Source: Fimicolochytrium jonesii
Taxonomy: Eukaryota
Direction: 5' to 3'
Length of the DNA stretch: 64,000 nucleotides
Assembly: GCF_025526975.1 (NCBI RefSeq)
Contig: NW_026515689.1
Coordinates: 310,001 to 374,000 of the forward strand
The notes beneath the pieces were generated by a model. It searched no databases, was not told where the DNA came from, and was given only the letters and a program-made list of their open reading frames with translations. The position numbers were made by a program, and so were the translations under genes. Each line of letters starts with the position of its first letter. The first letter of the stretch is position 1. Shown piece after piece: positions 49,407-62,557 of this stretch.

Positions 49407-51764
49407 CTACCTGAAACTCCTCCCTAGTATAAACGCACACGCCACGGCTAACCCACCACCCATCAGAACACTCATCATACCCCTCCCCTCCCTCCTCCCC
49501 TCCCGCCCTGCATCCCCCCCCTCCTCCCTTCCCCCCACCAGCTCCACGTTTACAACCAACCTCCCCCACCCCCCCGCGGCTGCCATTCTCACCGCATCAA
49601 CCAGCCCCTCATCATCCACAACCGCAACATGATCGCCCTCGTCATCGGTATAACTCAACCCCCCGAGCTGCGCGGCGCTCACGCCTAGCTTACGGGCGAT
49701 GATCTGGCGTAAAGTGGGGAGGGAATCGAAGGGGGAGGTGAAGCGGTGAGTTTGGTGGGTGATGGGGTGGGTGAGTTTGAATGTGTACAGGTGGGGTGGG
49801 AGCGGGGTTGAGGTTGTGGAGAGAGTTGTTGGGGCGGGTGTGAGGTGGGAAGGTGCCGCACCGTGATGGTGGGAGGTATTGTGAGCAAGGTGGTGTGAGT
49901 TGTTATGGCTGTGGAGCAAGAGACTGCGGCGGTTAAGGGTTCGTCGGGGCGACATGCTCGCCGAATCGTCTGGGGCAACGGTCGAGTCGTCCGGGAAGTT
50001 GAAGGTGGAAGGGAGGGAGGTGCGGAGGACGTGAGAGGATAGTTCGGAGTATTTGTCATCGTCGCCGTCCTCCTGGTCGCCTTCGTGCTCGAGGTCGACG
50101 AGGCTGTTGGTGCGCCCTTCGCTGTGGCCGCCTCGAAGGCGGATCTGGTCGGTGAAGGGGTCGTAGGCTTCTGCACCGCCGGTTCCGGAGGCCCAAAATT
50201 TGTTCCATACGGGTCCTTCGCCGGGCTCGCCTTGCACATTGGTCATTTGGGCCAGGGTGGTATATGTCAGTTTGAGCACGTCCACTAAACCCTCGACAAC
50301 CCCATTCTCGTCAATCACAGGCAAGTGGAGGTATTTGCCCGCATGCATCTTCCTCAAAGCCTCGACGACAGGCGTCGTAGGCGTGACGCAGTCCGGATGC
50401 GGGGTCATGACGTGAGAGACGAGCGTCGTCGAGGGGTCCAGACCAGCGGCCAGAACGCGCAGGGTAAGATCTTTACTGGTAAAAATTCCGGCCAGTGTCC
50501 CCATACCGTCCTCGTCGGCATCAAACACTAGCACGGCGGTTTCGCGGCTTTGTCTCATCTTCTGAGCAGCTTCGTGGATCGTCCCTTCCACTCCAATCAC
50601 CGGCGGACTGGCACTTTGTGTGGCGAGCAGGCCCGCCAAGTCAGGACATGCCAGTTGATCGCGGAGTACTTCTGCGTAGCGACCTATGGAGCCTGAACCG
50701 GATTTGATAGACCACTCGCGCTCGACACCTTGGATGGCTTCGTTTAGTTTGCGCGAAGACTCGTACGCGCGCTCCAGTTTTTCCAACGCTGTGTAGAGAC
50801 ATTTGGTAATGTCCAAAACACCCACGACGCCGCCTCCGGTGGCGGTCGAAGCCGCGGTGGACGCCTGGGAGTGCCGGCGCCGCGAGAGCCGCTCTTGATG
50901 GACTTCATCGTCATCGTCCTCATATTCATCGTCGTCGTCACTGTTCTCATCATCACTCTCTACAACGGGCAGGTGACGGAACTGCCCTCCAATCATTTTG
51001 TTTAGTGCGTCGGTCGATGTTGTTGACCTGGTCACACTCACAGGATTAGCAGTCATGACCTGTGAGACCAGCGTTGTCTGGGCATCAAGCCCCTCAGCCA
51101 CCACCCTGTACGCAAGGTCTTTATCCGTAAGAATCCCTACGAGATGGCTGTCTTCATCGACAATCAACACAGCATCCTGCCGTTTGGCGGCCATGTAGGC
51201 GGCGGCTTCAAAGACCTTGGCAGTGGATTGTAGCGCCACTGCCGGCTCCGGGTTCATCCCCGCTACAATTCCAGTGTTTGCAGGTTCGGCAGGGATCGGG
51301 AGTGGGACTGGCAACACCAGAGAAGACGGTCGTTCACGTTCGGGTCGTGGGCTGGGTGGTTCTGACACATTTTCGAACGTCTTTGTTCTCCTCAAGGTCC
51401 GTTCCTGAGCCGGTTTTGACCCGGACGCCGAGGTTCGCCTCGCCAGTGGTTTTGGACTTGACGCAAGAGTCGACTGAGGGGACGAAGTGGCGGAGGTGTC
51501 GCTTTTCAAGGACTGCCGGGACCTTCTTGCAAGGGCGTTCCTGGTTGCTGCGGCTTGGCGAGTTGCCTCCTCCCTTTCCGCTATCTTTTGCAAGTTCTCT
51601 TCCCTACGCCGAAGGAAAGAGGCAGTGGGCGCTGTGACTCCCGTAGGGGTGGCAGACTCGTTGTTGTTGTTGTTGTTGTTGCCATTGTTCGTGGTGGTGC
51701 TGCTGTTACCGGGCTTTTCTGGCGGAAAGCTGGCCTGCCGCCGGACGGAGCGGTTCGAGGACAT
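49407..51764 (-). CDS. CBS-pair x2 plus PB1 domain protein with C-terminal TM (S. pombe Mug70-like)
   Basis: CBS motifs GILTDKDLAYRVVA, FRHLPV, GIFTSKDL and YLHLPV. PB1 motif SYTDDEGD and a hydrophobic C-terminus. Confidence 0.9.
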   Translation of the reverse strand: MSSNRSVRRQASFPPEKPGNSSTTTNNGNNNNNNNESATPTGVTAPTASFLRRREENLQKIAEREEATRQAAATRNALARRSRQSLKSDTSATSSPQSTLASSPKPLARRTSASGSKPAQERTLRRTKTFENVSEPPSPRPERERPSSLVLPVPLPIPAEPANTGIVAGMNPEPAVALQSTAKVFEAAAYMAAKRQDAVLIVDEDSHLVGILTDKDLAYRVVAEGLDAQTTLVSQVMTANPVSVTRSTTSTDALNKMIGGQFRHLPVVESDDENSDDDDEYEDDDDEVHQERLSRRRHSQASTAASTATGGGVVGVLDITKCLYTALEKLERAYESSRKLNEAIQGVEREWSIKSGSGSIGRYAEVLRDQLACPDLAGLLATQSASPPVIGVEGTIHEAAQKMRQSRETAVLVFDADEDGMGTLAGIFTSKDLTLRVLAAGLDPSTTLVSHVMTPHPDCVTPTTPVVEALRKMHAGKYLHLPVIDENGVVEGLVDVLKLTYTTLAQMTNVQGEPGEGPVWNKFWASGTGGAEAYDPFTDQIRLRGGHSEGRTNSLVDLEHEGDQEDGDDDKYSELSSHVLRTSLPSTFNFPDDSTVAPDDSASMSPRRTLNRRSLLLHSHNNSHHLAHNTSHHHGAAPSHLTPAPTTLSTTSTPLPPHLYTFKLTHPITHQTHRFTSPFDSLPTLRQIIARKLGVSAAQLGGLSYTDDEGDHVAVVDDEGLVDAVRMAAAGGWGRLVVNVELVGGREEGGDAGREGRREGRGMMSVLMGGGLAVACAFILGRSFR

Positions 51765-52603
51765 GGCCGAGCGCTCGTTCTACCAGTGTACTTCCGGGAG
51801 TGGCGACTCTAATGTTGCGAGCCCGTGAGACGTTTTGCTATGGTCTTATGAGCAGCCCAAGAAGGTCCCGAGCGAGCATGACGCTCTCTCTCTCTCTGCC
51901 TCTCCCTCTCTCGCTCGCATGCGACACACGTGACCGCGCGCCTGAGTTTATCTCCGCGCCCGAGTTGACCCCATGTCCGACCAACGAGTGGTCGATTGAT
52001 TGTCCTTGTTTGTTGTCCGTCTGCTCGTCTCCTTCGCTTCGGACATCACAGCGCACTTGAGGAGCGAGACACGCGCACCATGGGCCCCGTCTCAATGAGG
52101 CCCTCGCAATACCCTCACAGGGGGTGTGCGCCACTCACGAACTGTTAGGGTGAGAGGGTGCGCGGGTGCGCTTGTTTTCTCGCTCTCCTTGTCGCTCTCT
52201 GTTGCTGAGCTTTCTCGGACGTACGTCGTTCGCACTTGTGCCTGCTCCAAACATCCCTCTCCCAGGCCCATTCTTTCCAGGAACCTCAGCCTGCCTCTCG
52301 TTCCGTTCCGTAGCTACCTTCTCGTCTCAACCGTCTCGGTAGCCTCTCTGTTCGGTGGAAGAAGACGACGGACGACACACAGCCATCTCTCTGTCTTGTA
52401 GTCTTCGCGTGTGCAGGGCATCCTTTCATTCACAACCCTCCCCGTCGGAATTCAAAAGCCTATGCAAGGAACACAAATTCTCGGACAAAAAGATCGGTGC
52501 TGAGCATATCGTCGAGCACACTCGCTCTTTGACCCGCCGCCTCCAAGGTCTCGTCCATAAGCCAAAGCAAGTGCTCATACCGCCTCGCAACATATACGAA
52601 GCA

Positions 52604-54422
52604 ATGCGTTCTGCGACAGCTGACGCCAGCGTACTCGCCGTTACTCGAAATGACCCTCACTGGCCATCGGCCTCGTCTGGAGCTGCTGCCCCCATGTCGG
52701 TCCGAGCGCCGTCTCGTCCTGTAACACAGACACTTGCCCAACTACCGCCAGCACAACAACAACGGCAACCCCAGCCCTTCCCATCCCCACCACGAAATGC
52801 AAGAGACGCAGACCTGGCTGACCTTCAGAAACTATACCTGTTCAGTCAAGAGAACAGGCGCTACTATAAGATAAACGAGCGCTTCCTCGAAGAGGTTCAA
52901 GACGCTGCCCCTGGCCCGGAAACCAGAAAGATTAAGAGACAACACCGGAGTGACCTGGTCGAGTGGCTTTATGAGATTTCGCGACACTACTTCCGGGCAA
53001 ATAGTGAAGCATTTCAGGTGAGAGCAGGCGGTGATCAAGCACAGTCGCGCGCAGTGTTACGTCTTGGGGACCGTTCGAAGCATTTGTCGAGTGTTCCAAA
53101 CTTCTTCGTGTCTGCTAACGCGACGATCCCATCCCCTTCCTTTACAGTTGGCAGTAAATCTCGTCGATAGAGTGTGTAGTCAGCGACCGCTCTTACTCGG
53201 CCAATATCAAGCACTGGGGGCAGCATGCTTCATGATTGCTAGTAAGAGTGTTGAGACGCGTTCACCAGGCTGCACTGAGCTCGAAGAACTAGCAGCAGGA
53301 GCATTCTCCTCCGAGAGCCTCAAGGTAACATGCGTGTTTGTCTTTCATCCATAAGCAAGTCATTCGGAGACTGACATCCCCATCAACTCACATAGGGAAT
53401 GGAACTATGGGTTCTCGGGGTGCTAGAATGGTTACTCAACCCACCAACACCCAACATGTTTTTGGAACTTTACTTGGAGATCTTTCCTATACCTACGGCA
53501 ATGAAAGAAACATTGTTTGTCAAAGCTGATCAATGGCTTAATGCCTTGCAGAAAGGTGGAGCTGCGCTCTTTTACCTCGTGCTATGTCGTCCCCATTCCT
53601 AACGTCGACTCTCTCTTTCGCAGATTACCATTTTGTACGATACAAACCTTCCGTACAGGCCGCTGCCGCTCTGAAATGCTCCTTCCAATGGCACAAAATT
53701 GATGGTTTCAACGAGCTCTTGTGCCATGAGTTGAATTCGCGATCACTCGAAACAGCCGCCCTGGTCAGCAATGTCAGCATACCCCGCATGGTAATCACCC
53801 CCATTGCTACCTCACGACTGGATTCAAACTGACCTCCTACCCATCTATAACTTCATTACAACAGAATGAAATACTAGCGTGCACTCAAGCCGTCACCGCC
53901 ATTCTTGGCTGGCAAGACCCCGTTAACTTGATGGAATGCACCCGCCGAAGTGCAGAGCGAGAACGGCAAGCAGCTTATGACGCTCAATGTCGAAAACAAC
54001 AGCTGCTTCAACAACAACAGCAACAACGTGAAGCAAGCCACCATACCACGAGGGTCCGACACGGTCTAGCCACACCTGTCAAAGCTCGTACCACACATAC
54101 CACAAACAATACCCGCACACACACCAATAATAACAACCACACCACACACACATCATCAGACATGGACGAAGACGAAGAAACAGAACCAGAGGACGAAGAC
54201 GCGATGGACGACAGCGATAATGACTCGCACGGCTCCCCGCGTCCTGGCGACCTGGACTACGAATACTACGTGCCCACCGAGGACGATGACCGCTACGACG
54301 AGTATATGGACGCCCTAGCCGTACGCGCTCTTCTCGACCCGAAATACGACGAGCTGGCTGCCGCTGCGGCTGGGCGTGGAGCACAGGGGGGAATGAGGGA
54401 ACCTTCATCGCCGTTCTCGTGA
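52604..54422 (+). CDS. Cyclin (divergent cell-cycle A/D/E-like), multi-exon
   Basis: Cyclin box HRSDLVEWLYEI...LAVNLVDR...QALGAACFMIASK...MELWVLGVLEW, then YKPSVQAAAAL and an acidic PEST-like tail. Confidence 0.88.
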
Positions 54423-56835
54423 GATGGGGAAAGACAGGGAGAGAGAGGACATGGACTTTTCTACTTTTATCGGCGTACTGTTTTGTCCTACACTTTCTGA
54501 GAACTTTACCGTTTTGGGTTGGCTCCTCTTTTTTTCTCCCTGTCTTGTACCCTTTGGCGATATAGAGGTTCTGTGGGGTCTCCTTTGGCGGGGAAGGGAA
54601 GAGGTTCTCGCCGTATTCCGAGCCTGGCTCTCCACCTTCCCTAAACCCGTATCTAGAAACTTGCCCGTGGTCCTGAATCTAGACAATTTGACGTCCTACG
54701 TCCTTTGTACGTACTTTGGGTGCTTATTCATGTACATTGACTGCAATGAATTATCGAAACATTTTTTTCACATTGGAAGAGAACCCGAAAACTGACGGCT
54801 GTCATTTTGTTTCAGACTGTCTCGAAACACGACAGCGCGTCTCAATTGTAAATTCCCGATTCCGACAGGGAACGCCGTCATCACGTTTCACGCAGCACAG
54901 ACTTGCCAAACTCGATGGGCATTTCTGAGCGCCTGCCGTACACTTTACCATATACACTACAAGTGCCCTGCTCCAATTCCCCTGGCGCGCCAGGTCCATA
55001 GGTCTTTGCATGTGCGGGTTAGTAGTCGTCCAAAACCTGGTGACAACTTTGTTCCCCAAGGGGTGATATTTCATTGAATGCGCCAGCAATTACAAAGTAT
55101 TCGACAACCAAACGAGGCCTGCGGACAGGACCAGCAAGCCACGCGATGCATCGGGACAGGATTCCTCTACGTGAGAAGGGTTCAAAGAAAGTTGTTTGGC
55201 CCGGGGATAATATGTGAAGCCGTAGAATAACGCGATGCGGGCTATCATAAGGGCGGAAACGGGACGCGAGCCATGCACTGGACGAGATGAAGGCTGTGGG
55301 CGTTGACGCGCGCGTCTTGCGTAATCCCCAGAAGTGAAATCCGACGATCACCAAGACGTTTCCCAAACGGACTTTGGAAGGTCGACTCCTGGCGGGACAG
55401 GAGAGGGATAGGGGAGGAGTGGGAGGGCGGCAGGAGCGCGACAGCAGAGCGGCAGGGGAGCGGCAGGAGATGAATGCGAGTCCTGCCCTTTCTTCCTTCA
55501 GAGCGGATAGCGTCAGTACAGGTTGATGGAGCTAATGGTTGACAACAATCCAGCGCAGCTCCGTCCCATTTATAATACCCAGCTGCTTTCAACACCCCCC
55601 GCCGAAGGAAGGGACGGGCCACGTGGGACGGACTGAGAAAAGGGGGGGACGGGGGTCAGTGTTCGTTTGCTTTTGGAACCATTCTGCTGCAGAGCACGAA
55701 GGAAAGGATTTCAAATCCGAAGTAATCAAGAACATTGACGAGCAAAACCAGAACAAGTGCGTCGGATGTAGCGAGCGACCGAGAGTGAGGGATGTGATGT
55801 GACATGATGAAGAGACTTCTTCATGTACACTCTGCCGGCCACTTCTAACGATTGCATGGCATAATGACTCTTCGGGATCGCAGAAAATGTCCTGCCAGTA
55901 GAGAACAGTTCTAGGGAGGGGCGCCTGGTAACGGCGAGGGGAGCAGCTCAAGTGGCGAATCTCGCACGATCAGCTTTGCGAGTGAGGCAAAGGATGAAAC
56001 GGTTTGAATTGCAACATAAATGCTCTTCCGAACAGTCCGCGTTTTGTGTTTTACTTCCTCAAATGCTGAAATGCATATCATCGTTCAAGACCAGCGTTGC
56101 ATCAAAAAGCAAGTCCCATGATGTAATTGGCCAAAGATCGCAGAAGTGCCCAGCAACAGTGGTGCGTGATGTTGTCAAGACTCAAATGCGTTCTTAGAAA
56201 GTTTGATGCCGTCTAATGCCGGCTATGTACATCTTCCAGGCCTAACAACTTCGATGAACTTTGGCGTTTTGAGGTCCTATCTCGAACCTTGCTCCAGTCT
56301 CGGCCGATATCGATGATGCAGTCACCGCCCAGAGTTGGATAAGAAAAACGCCGCCCCGCCCCGACGTGCGGTACATCAATGCTTTCAAATTGTGAAGCTG
56401 ATGCTTCATGCACCGTCAAGGTTCAAAGGCAAGCAATGGACGCACTAAGGATTGTCGGGGACTTCCTTATTGAATAACCGGAACCAGTGTGAAAAAACCT
56501 TCGACGGCGTAAACCTGTCCCAATCTTCACAACTCCTATGGCAAAGGAATCGTACAAGCGGTATCGACGTCGTATGATGATAATGGATTCATTAGTACAA
56601 GTTTCTGATATATGTACATGTGAGGGGCTTCAGTGCGTCTGTTTGTTCAGTTCGTGAGGAACTGCTTCGCTAGAGTATTGGCAAGACGGGAGCGCAATGA
56701 CCTTCGGCCATCGGTCTTCCTGATATTGCCCGACCGACCAGAATGTGCAGGATGCAACTGATCGCCTCGCTCGCCCTCCTTCCCACCCGCTGCTTTTATG
56801 CTAGAATGCCGGTATAAACCAATGCTGTTCCAACC

Positions 56836-59800
56836 TCACCTCTCGCCCTCATCCCCCCTCTCCATTTTCACCTGCAGGCCATCCGCTTCCCCATCAACAC
56901 CCAGCAATGCTTTCAGCGCAACAACGTCTCTTTCTCTCCGAACTCGCTCCTCTGGACTCAGATTCGTGAGGTACTCGTTGAGAGAGTGCTTAAGCTTTGG
57001 GGATCGTTTCAGAGCGTCCTGGGCTTGTTCGCGCGGTAATGATTGCAGGAGTTGGGTTGACGATGGGAATATTATCTGAGTGAAGTACACGAAATTGTGG
57101 GGGAATGATGGGGAAGAGGAAGGGTCGGTTGTGAGTTTCCAAGCTGTGAATGCCGATGAGTCCATATCTACGTGTAAAGTCGGGTGTCATCGGGTCGCAG
57201 TCATGTCGATGCCGCCAGTCGAGATCCTTCGGCCGTCGTAAATTCGGAATGGTCCGGCAGTTCAACCACGACAAAGCGTGTATTTGACCAACCAACGAGT
57301 GGGGCAAGGGATTGTATACATGATTGTGCACAAACAGCGCTGCCAGCCCAGCGTTCCCATCCGCCGCAAACTATCGATACGTCCCTTTGCACGCCGTGCG
57401 CTAACGCCTCCCATCCCCGCCCGAAACAGCAGACACGCAGAAATGCACAATATTCACTTACCGTGCAACACCGAATGAATCCTTCCCATAGTTTCTGAAA
57501 CTTCCACACCTTCTTGTTAATGAGTTTCAGTAGGATGTTTGCGACAAAATTTGTCAATCCCGGGAACTGATTCACAGTTTGGATGACCGTTCGCATGAAG
57601 AGGGTCGGTAGTTTCGACTGATCCACGAGCTGTTGAAGGACGACTGCCAAGACCTCCTGCTTGAAAACGTTTTGAGCTGCCAAACATATGCTTGTCGCTG
57701 TATCGTAAACAACTCGATTAGCACGCGGGCAGACGATGTGCCATTAATTGTCGATGCCCGTTACCTTCCACCGCCCGCTTCAGGCCGACAGTCTCCTCCA
57801 TGTTGTGCAACAAAACAAGCAGCTCTGATGGGGTCACATGATTTCCCGCAGGTGCCTTTTCTGACGTAGGCGATGATGCGTCAAGTTCCGCTGGACTGGC
57901 ATCTACCATCCTCAAGAACGCTTCCCGGACGTGTTTGCGTTGCGTCTCAGTTCCATCCAATAAGTTTACGATGTTCGGCAAATATTGTAAGACTTCCTTC
58001 TGCAAAGACCGAGCCCAGTAATCAGTGATAACTACGTGGCTGCCGCATGCCACAGGTGAATGGCCAAAACATGGGTAGCAGAGAACCACATACCTTGTTG
58101 AGCATGGACATTACTGGTATAATGAAGTGTGCGCTGAGGTGTTTTTGAACGAAGACCGTCCGCACAATCCCAACAAGTTGTGGGGTAGGTGTAGCTTTCT
58201 CCGTGAGACAGGTCAGCACCTTTAACGCCAGCGCGTCTGATCCTGCCGGAAATGCGCGAATGATTGGGTACAGACGTGCCGGTTGAGCTGCCAGCGCTTT
58301 GATGAGGGGTTCTATGCCAGTCCGCAACGCACGTTGTACCGGCGGTGAGTAGTCCTTGTAAAGATGGAATACTCTGCAAAGGTAGCGGATGAGCTTCGGA
58401 GATGGCAGTGTGCGAAAGACATCGGTCAACTTACTCCAGCAGAAGATCGTGGTTCTTGCTGCAAAGCGCGAAATACAGTTCAAGAAGTGGTATCACATCG
58501 TCGTCATGCCACTCGTTCGCGGCGCTCTGTACGGGCTTCATATCCTCGGCGTTGACCTCCTTCTTCACCTGTATATTTCCAACGACGTCCTGAAGTGTTC
58601 CGCCGGTCCGATCTGTTTCCTGCTCTGGCTTCACTTCCATCGTTTCTTCGGAAACGACGACTGTCTTGATGGGAGGGGCTGTCTTCAACTTATGAAGGCA
58701 CTCGATGGCGAACATCTCGATTTGTTGTCCAAGAACCTTATGATCGCTATAGATCCGTTTACACATCACAATGGCCGTTGACCGTGTCAGACGTACGGAG
58801 TATACACTATAGTCTAGCAGGAGCCGGAGCGCATGGTCGCGGACAGCAGGTCTGTGGTTGATTAACCCTTGCAAGGTAAATAGACCGAGCTGCATCCGCT
58901 CTGCGCTTTCGCAGTAACCCCTTACGACATTATCGATGGCTTCGGGAGTGACTTCGGGAACGTCGATAAGGAATTTGGCGAACGTTTTATCCTTATGATC
59001 CAGTTTCTCTTTCAGAGAATCGAGGATAATGTGCAACCACTTGGCATATTCCGAGCTCGACAAGCTTTCCTGCCCGTCCGATGTAGGACTATCGGCATGT
59101 AATGACTTTTGATCGGAAAGCCACAGATGGTGCAGCCACATAACGGCTAAGTCCAGTCTGCAATGGAAGTGTGTAAGACTTGCGCATATATAGGGCTGAG
59201 CTGGGGACTGACAACGAGGCCTCACCTCCCGCGGAAATCTTCGAGTAGGGTTTCAACGATGATGGTCTTGATTTCATCTTTCTGCCCGCTAGGTAGATCG
59301 TGCCCCTCAGTTCCCCCGCTAACGCCCCGCCCACTCAGTCGAGTGGTCAAGCGGGACAAAATTACCATCCAGGCGTTCTTGGCGGATGCGGCATTCCGAA
59401 TGGCAGCATCAGAGGTTGCATCCGTTCCGTTCACTGCAACTGCATTTTGTCCCATAAAAGCAGTTTCCAGTTGTAGTATTCGCGCGACAGATCCTTTTAT
59501 TATCGCCGCACGCTGCTCGTGAGTGAGTTCTGCCTTGTCTTCGTCCGACATGGTGAAGACCGCGGATCTGGCTTGTTCATCGATGTCAGCCATCTCGTCT
59601 TCTTGTGGCGAAGTATCAACGGGCTCGGCTTTGCTAGCATCGGCTCCGGGGGCTGCGAGGGGTACGGGAGTTGCCTCTTTATAGATGCCGCTGTCGAGCT
59701 CTTCCTCAATGTCATCCTGCTCAAGAGGATTGTGCGGCTCCTGTTTCACTATAGTAGTATCGGCGGATGAGGAACCCTCGGCGATCTGAAGGTTACCAGG

Positions 59801-61491
59801 TTGTAGAGGGGCACGTCCCGTGCTGGTAAAATCACTGAACCTCTAAAAAAGGTGGTTAGTACCTTGATATCTGACGCAACGGTAGACTGAACTGTCCGCC
59901 AAACCTGCAATCCCCTCTCCCAATCGGATTGATTGCAAGACGCCAAGATCTGCACTACAAGTTGCGCAACAAGTGCTGCAGGCAATTTTGTTACATCAAT
60001 AGCCTTCCATGCATCCGGGGGAAGTGACGCTGCAGGTGTCTGGAGTCCAGCAGAGGTTGTATCCACTGGAGGAGTGTCAGTTCGCGGGCGCTTCGTGTCG
60101 GTTACAGGCGGGACTTCTGAGGGCGCCGGTCGTTTCAAATCACGTCGCCTGCTTTGCAACTCGTGCGGTTTTGCTCCCAACTTCATCAGTGCCTCAGTCA
60201 AGACGGGCATGAAAGGCGCGGCGGCATTCATCCTGTGATTACCACATCTTGAGCGGGCGGACGGGACACGCCTAACGAAGTCCAACGGAATGTACCTTAA
60301 TGCCGCCAGTAAAACGATTTTGATGGTCCTTTCGACGCTTCTGCGCTGGGTTGGCGTCAATGGCGACGGGGTCACCGCCCACTGTATAAGCGTTGTCAGG
60401 ACGGCAGGGGTATACTGCGGTCTGATCTTCATCAGGCCCCCCAAGCAGTTAATGTTCGCGGTGAGTGGCCCTGCAGAACTATGGAAGTGAATACGATCAG
60501 AACGCCGGTCGGTAGCACGCGCGAGTCCAAGCTCTAAGGGTTGAGTCCGACAACGTACACCCCCGGGATATTGAGGAACGCTTGCAGTCGAGCAAACACC
60601 CCTACTGCCTCTGTGCTCATCTCAGCAGCATTGATGAACGGATGATTCGGAGGAACGAGGTCTAGAGACACACCATCAACACCTATTGCGGCCTGAAGGG
60701 AGAAATCCAAGTAAGCCGCGGTCGAAACGGAAGACGGGTTCAATGAGAATTACCACGCTGTCGTCTTTCAAAGATTGTACAGCTGTTAGCCTGTGTAGGA
60801 AGCGTACGACGCTCTCTCTGACTCCATCGTTGAAATGCACTAGCAGGCCGAACGCTTTGCCTTTCAGCGTCGCTAAATTTTGCCATATGGTTGGATCTGC
60901 GGGCAGCCGACATCTAAAGCGTGGGCAAACCGTTCAATGACAACCCCCTTTGCTATAAATGCGCAATGGAAGGACTCACAGCCATTTGAAAACGATAGGA
61001 TATATGGATGTGAGACTCCGGATAACTCTTTTGATCACCTCTGCGTTACCATCGTTCAGCAAGAAGACCAGGGCCTCAACACTGCGCGCAGAGACTGGAA
61101 TCCATCAACAGGGGAGCAAATGAAATGAATATGATTATTTAGACACGACCAAAGGTCGTTCTGTCATCCTCTCAGTGTAGACTTTAACAAGGGCCTCCAC
61201 CCGGACTCCAATAATTGCAAGTGCCAACTGCCGAACCCGCATACCTAGCAGTTTGGACTCATCTGGGATAGTCATTCTGCAAATCGTGTCTTCCACCAGT
61301 CTTGCTAGTCCAGATCTCAGTTGCGGAGATGGATCCACTGCCAGCCCCAATGCGTGCGGATAGAACGTTGGTAAGAGGAGGGGTTCCCTTTTCATCAGTT
61401 CGTGAAACTGATGGAGGATTACGGGCCGCTGTGCCGGATCTGCGGCCGTCCGAGCTGCGTTCAGCAGCATGAGAGCTGTTTGTTCTGCCAT
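56836..61491 (-). CDS. Symplekin/Pta1 mRNA 3'-processing scaffold, multi-exon
   Basis: N-terminal HEAT region (RRSVERTIK) and Symplekin_C motifs ([37 protein letters not shown]). Confidence 0.88.
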
Positions 61492-62557
61492 GGCCAAGAT
61501 CCTAGGGAAGAGCGCTAGCTATCGACTTGGCTAAACGGTTGAGGACGAAGTGGCACGCAAAGCAGACTTGAGGATGGACGACCAAGACGACCACCAGACG
61601 ACTGGTTCACCCCACAAGTCCTGAAGGCTCGAGCAGCGATAAGTCCGGCGTGCGATACCTGCGGAAAGACGTCCTCGAGAGGGCGACAGTCCTGGTCGGG
61701 TTCTCGCCTAGATTGCTCAGTGGTGTGGAATAAAGCGAAAAAGGTCGAAGAATGGAGCGTGGGAAAGTGAAATGGGATTCGAATGGGCAGCCTAAGGTCA
61801 GTCGCGCAGACTTCGTCTCTTCGTTCGCCGTTTCAATTTCCCTTTGACATTGCCCGTTGCCAATACGTACTATTCCAGCCCACCTCAAGCAGGCCCTTGC
61901 TCTAGAACACTCTCCACCGACAGCCCCAAACCTCGCCGCGATACAATATGGTAGGTATTGGGGCGAACGGTTCAATCTTGGTTGGGATGTGATAAGTGGT
62001 CAATTGCAGCTAACAAAAGGACTCTGCAGTCCGCCCTGTTCAACTTCCCTTCCTTGCTGTTCGTGATACTACTCATCATATGCACGTGCACGTATATACG
62101 GGGACAATTCCCGTCAATACTGGATCGGAATAAGACGGGTGTGCTAGGATTATTCTGGAAGGCGGCGAGGATCGGTATGTAATTTTCATGTGGGGAGCAT
62201 CGATCTATTCAGTGCCACTCTGACCGCCATATCTTGCAGGGGAACGATTGAGCCCATATGTTTCGCTGTGTTGCGTATTGATGGCCATCAGATTGATCAT
62301 CTTTTCGTGAAGGGTTGATAGTTTTGGAGTCCTTTTTGGAGTGGCACTTACAGAGTGACGCCGATCAAAAGCCGGTCGATTGTCAGCATCCACTCAAGCC
62401 GGGAGGGCCCCGCCCTCCACCGCTGCCACATGTGTTGTATATACATTGATATTATGGGATGCAATAAAAAGGGAGAAGGGGCGTAAATACAACTTCCTAG
62501 ACTGCGAAATGGGATGATCTCGCTTCACCACCATGCACCACTTCTATCTGCTGGCAT

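Noticed and set aside
55010..55025. CTAACCC as a telomerase RNA template
   Set aside because: It covers only 7 nt of the repeat, with essentially no alignment region, and fits a TACTAAC branchpoint equally well.
55215..55380. RNase P/MRP-like P4 pairing (AAGTCCGT / ACGGCTT) on the minus strand
   Set aside because: The conserved CR-I GNAA and CR-V contexts are missing.
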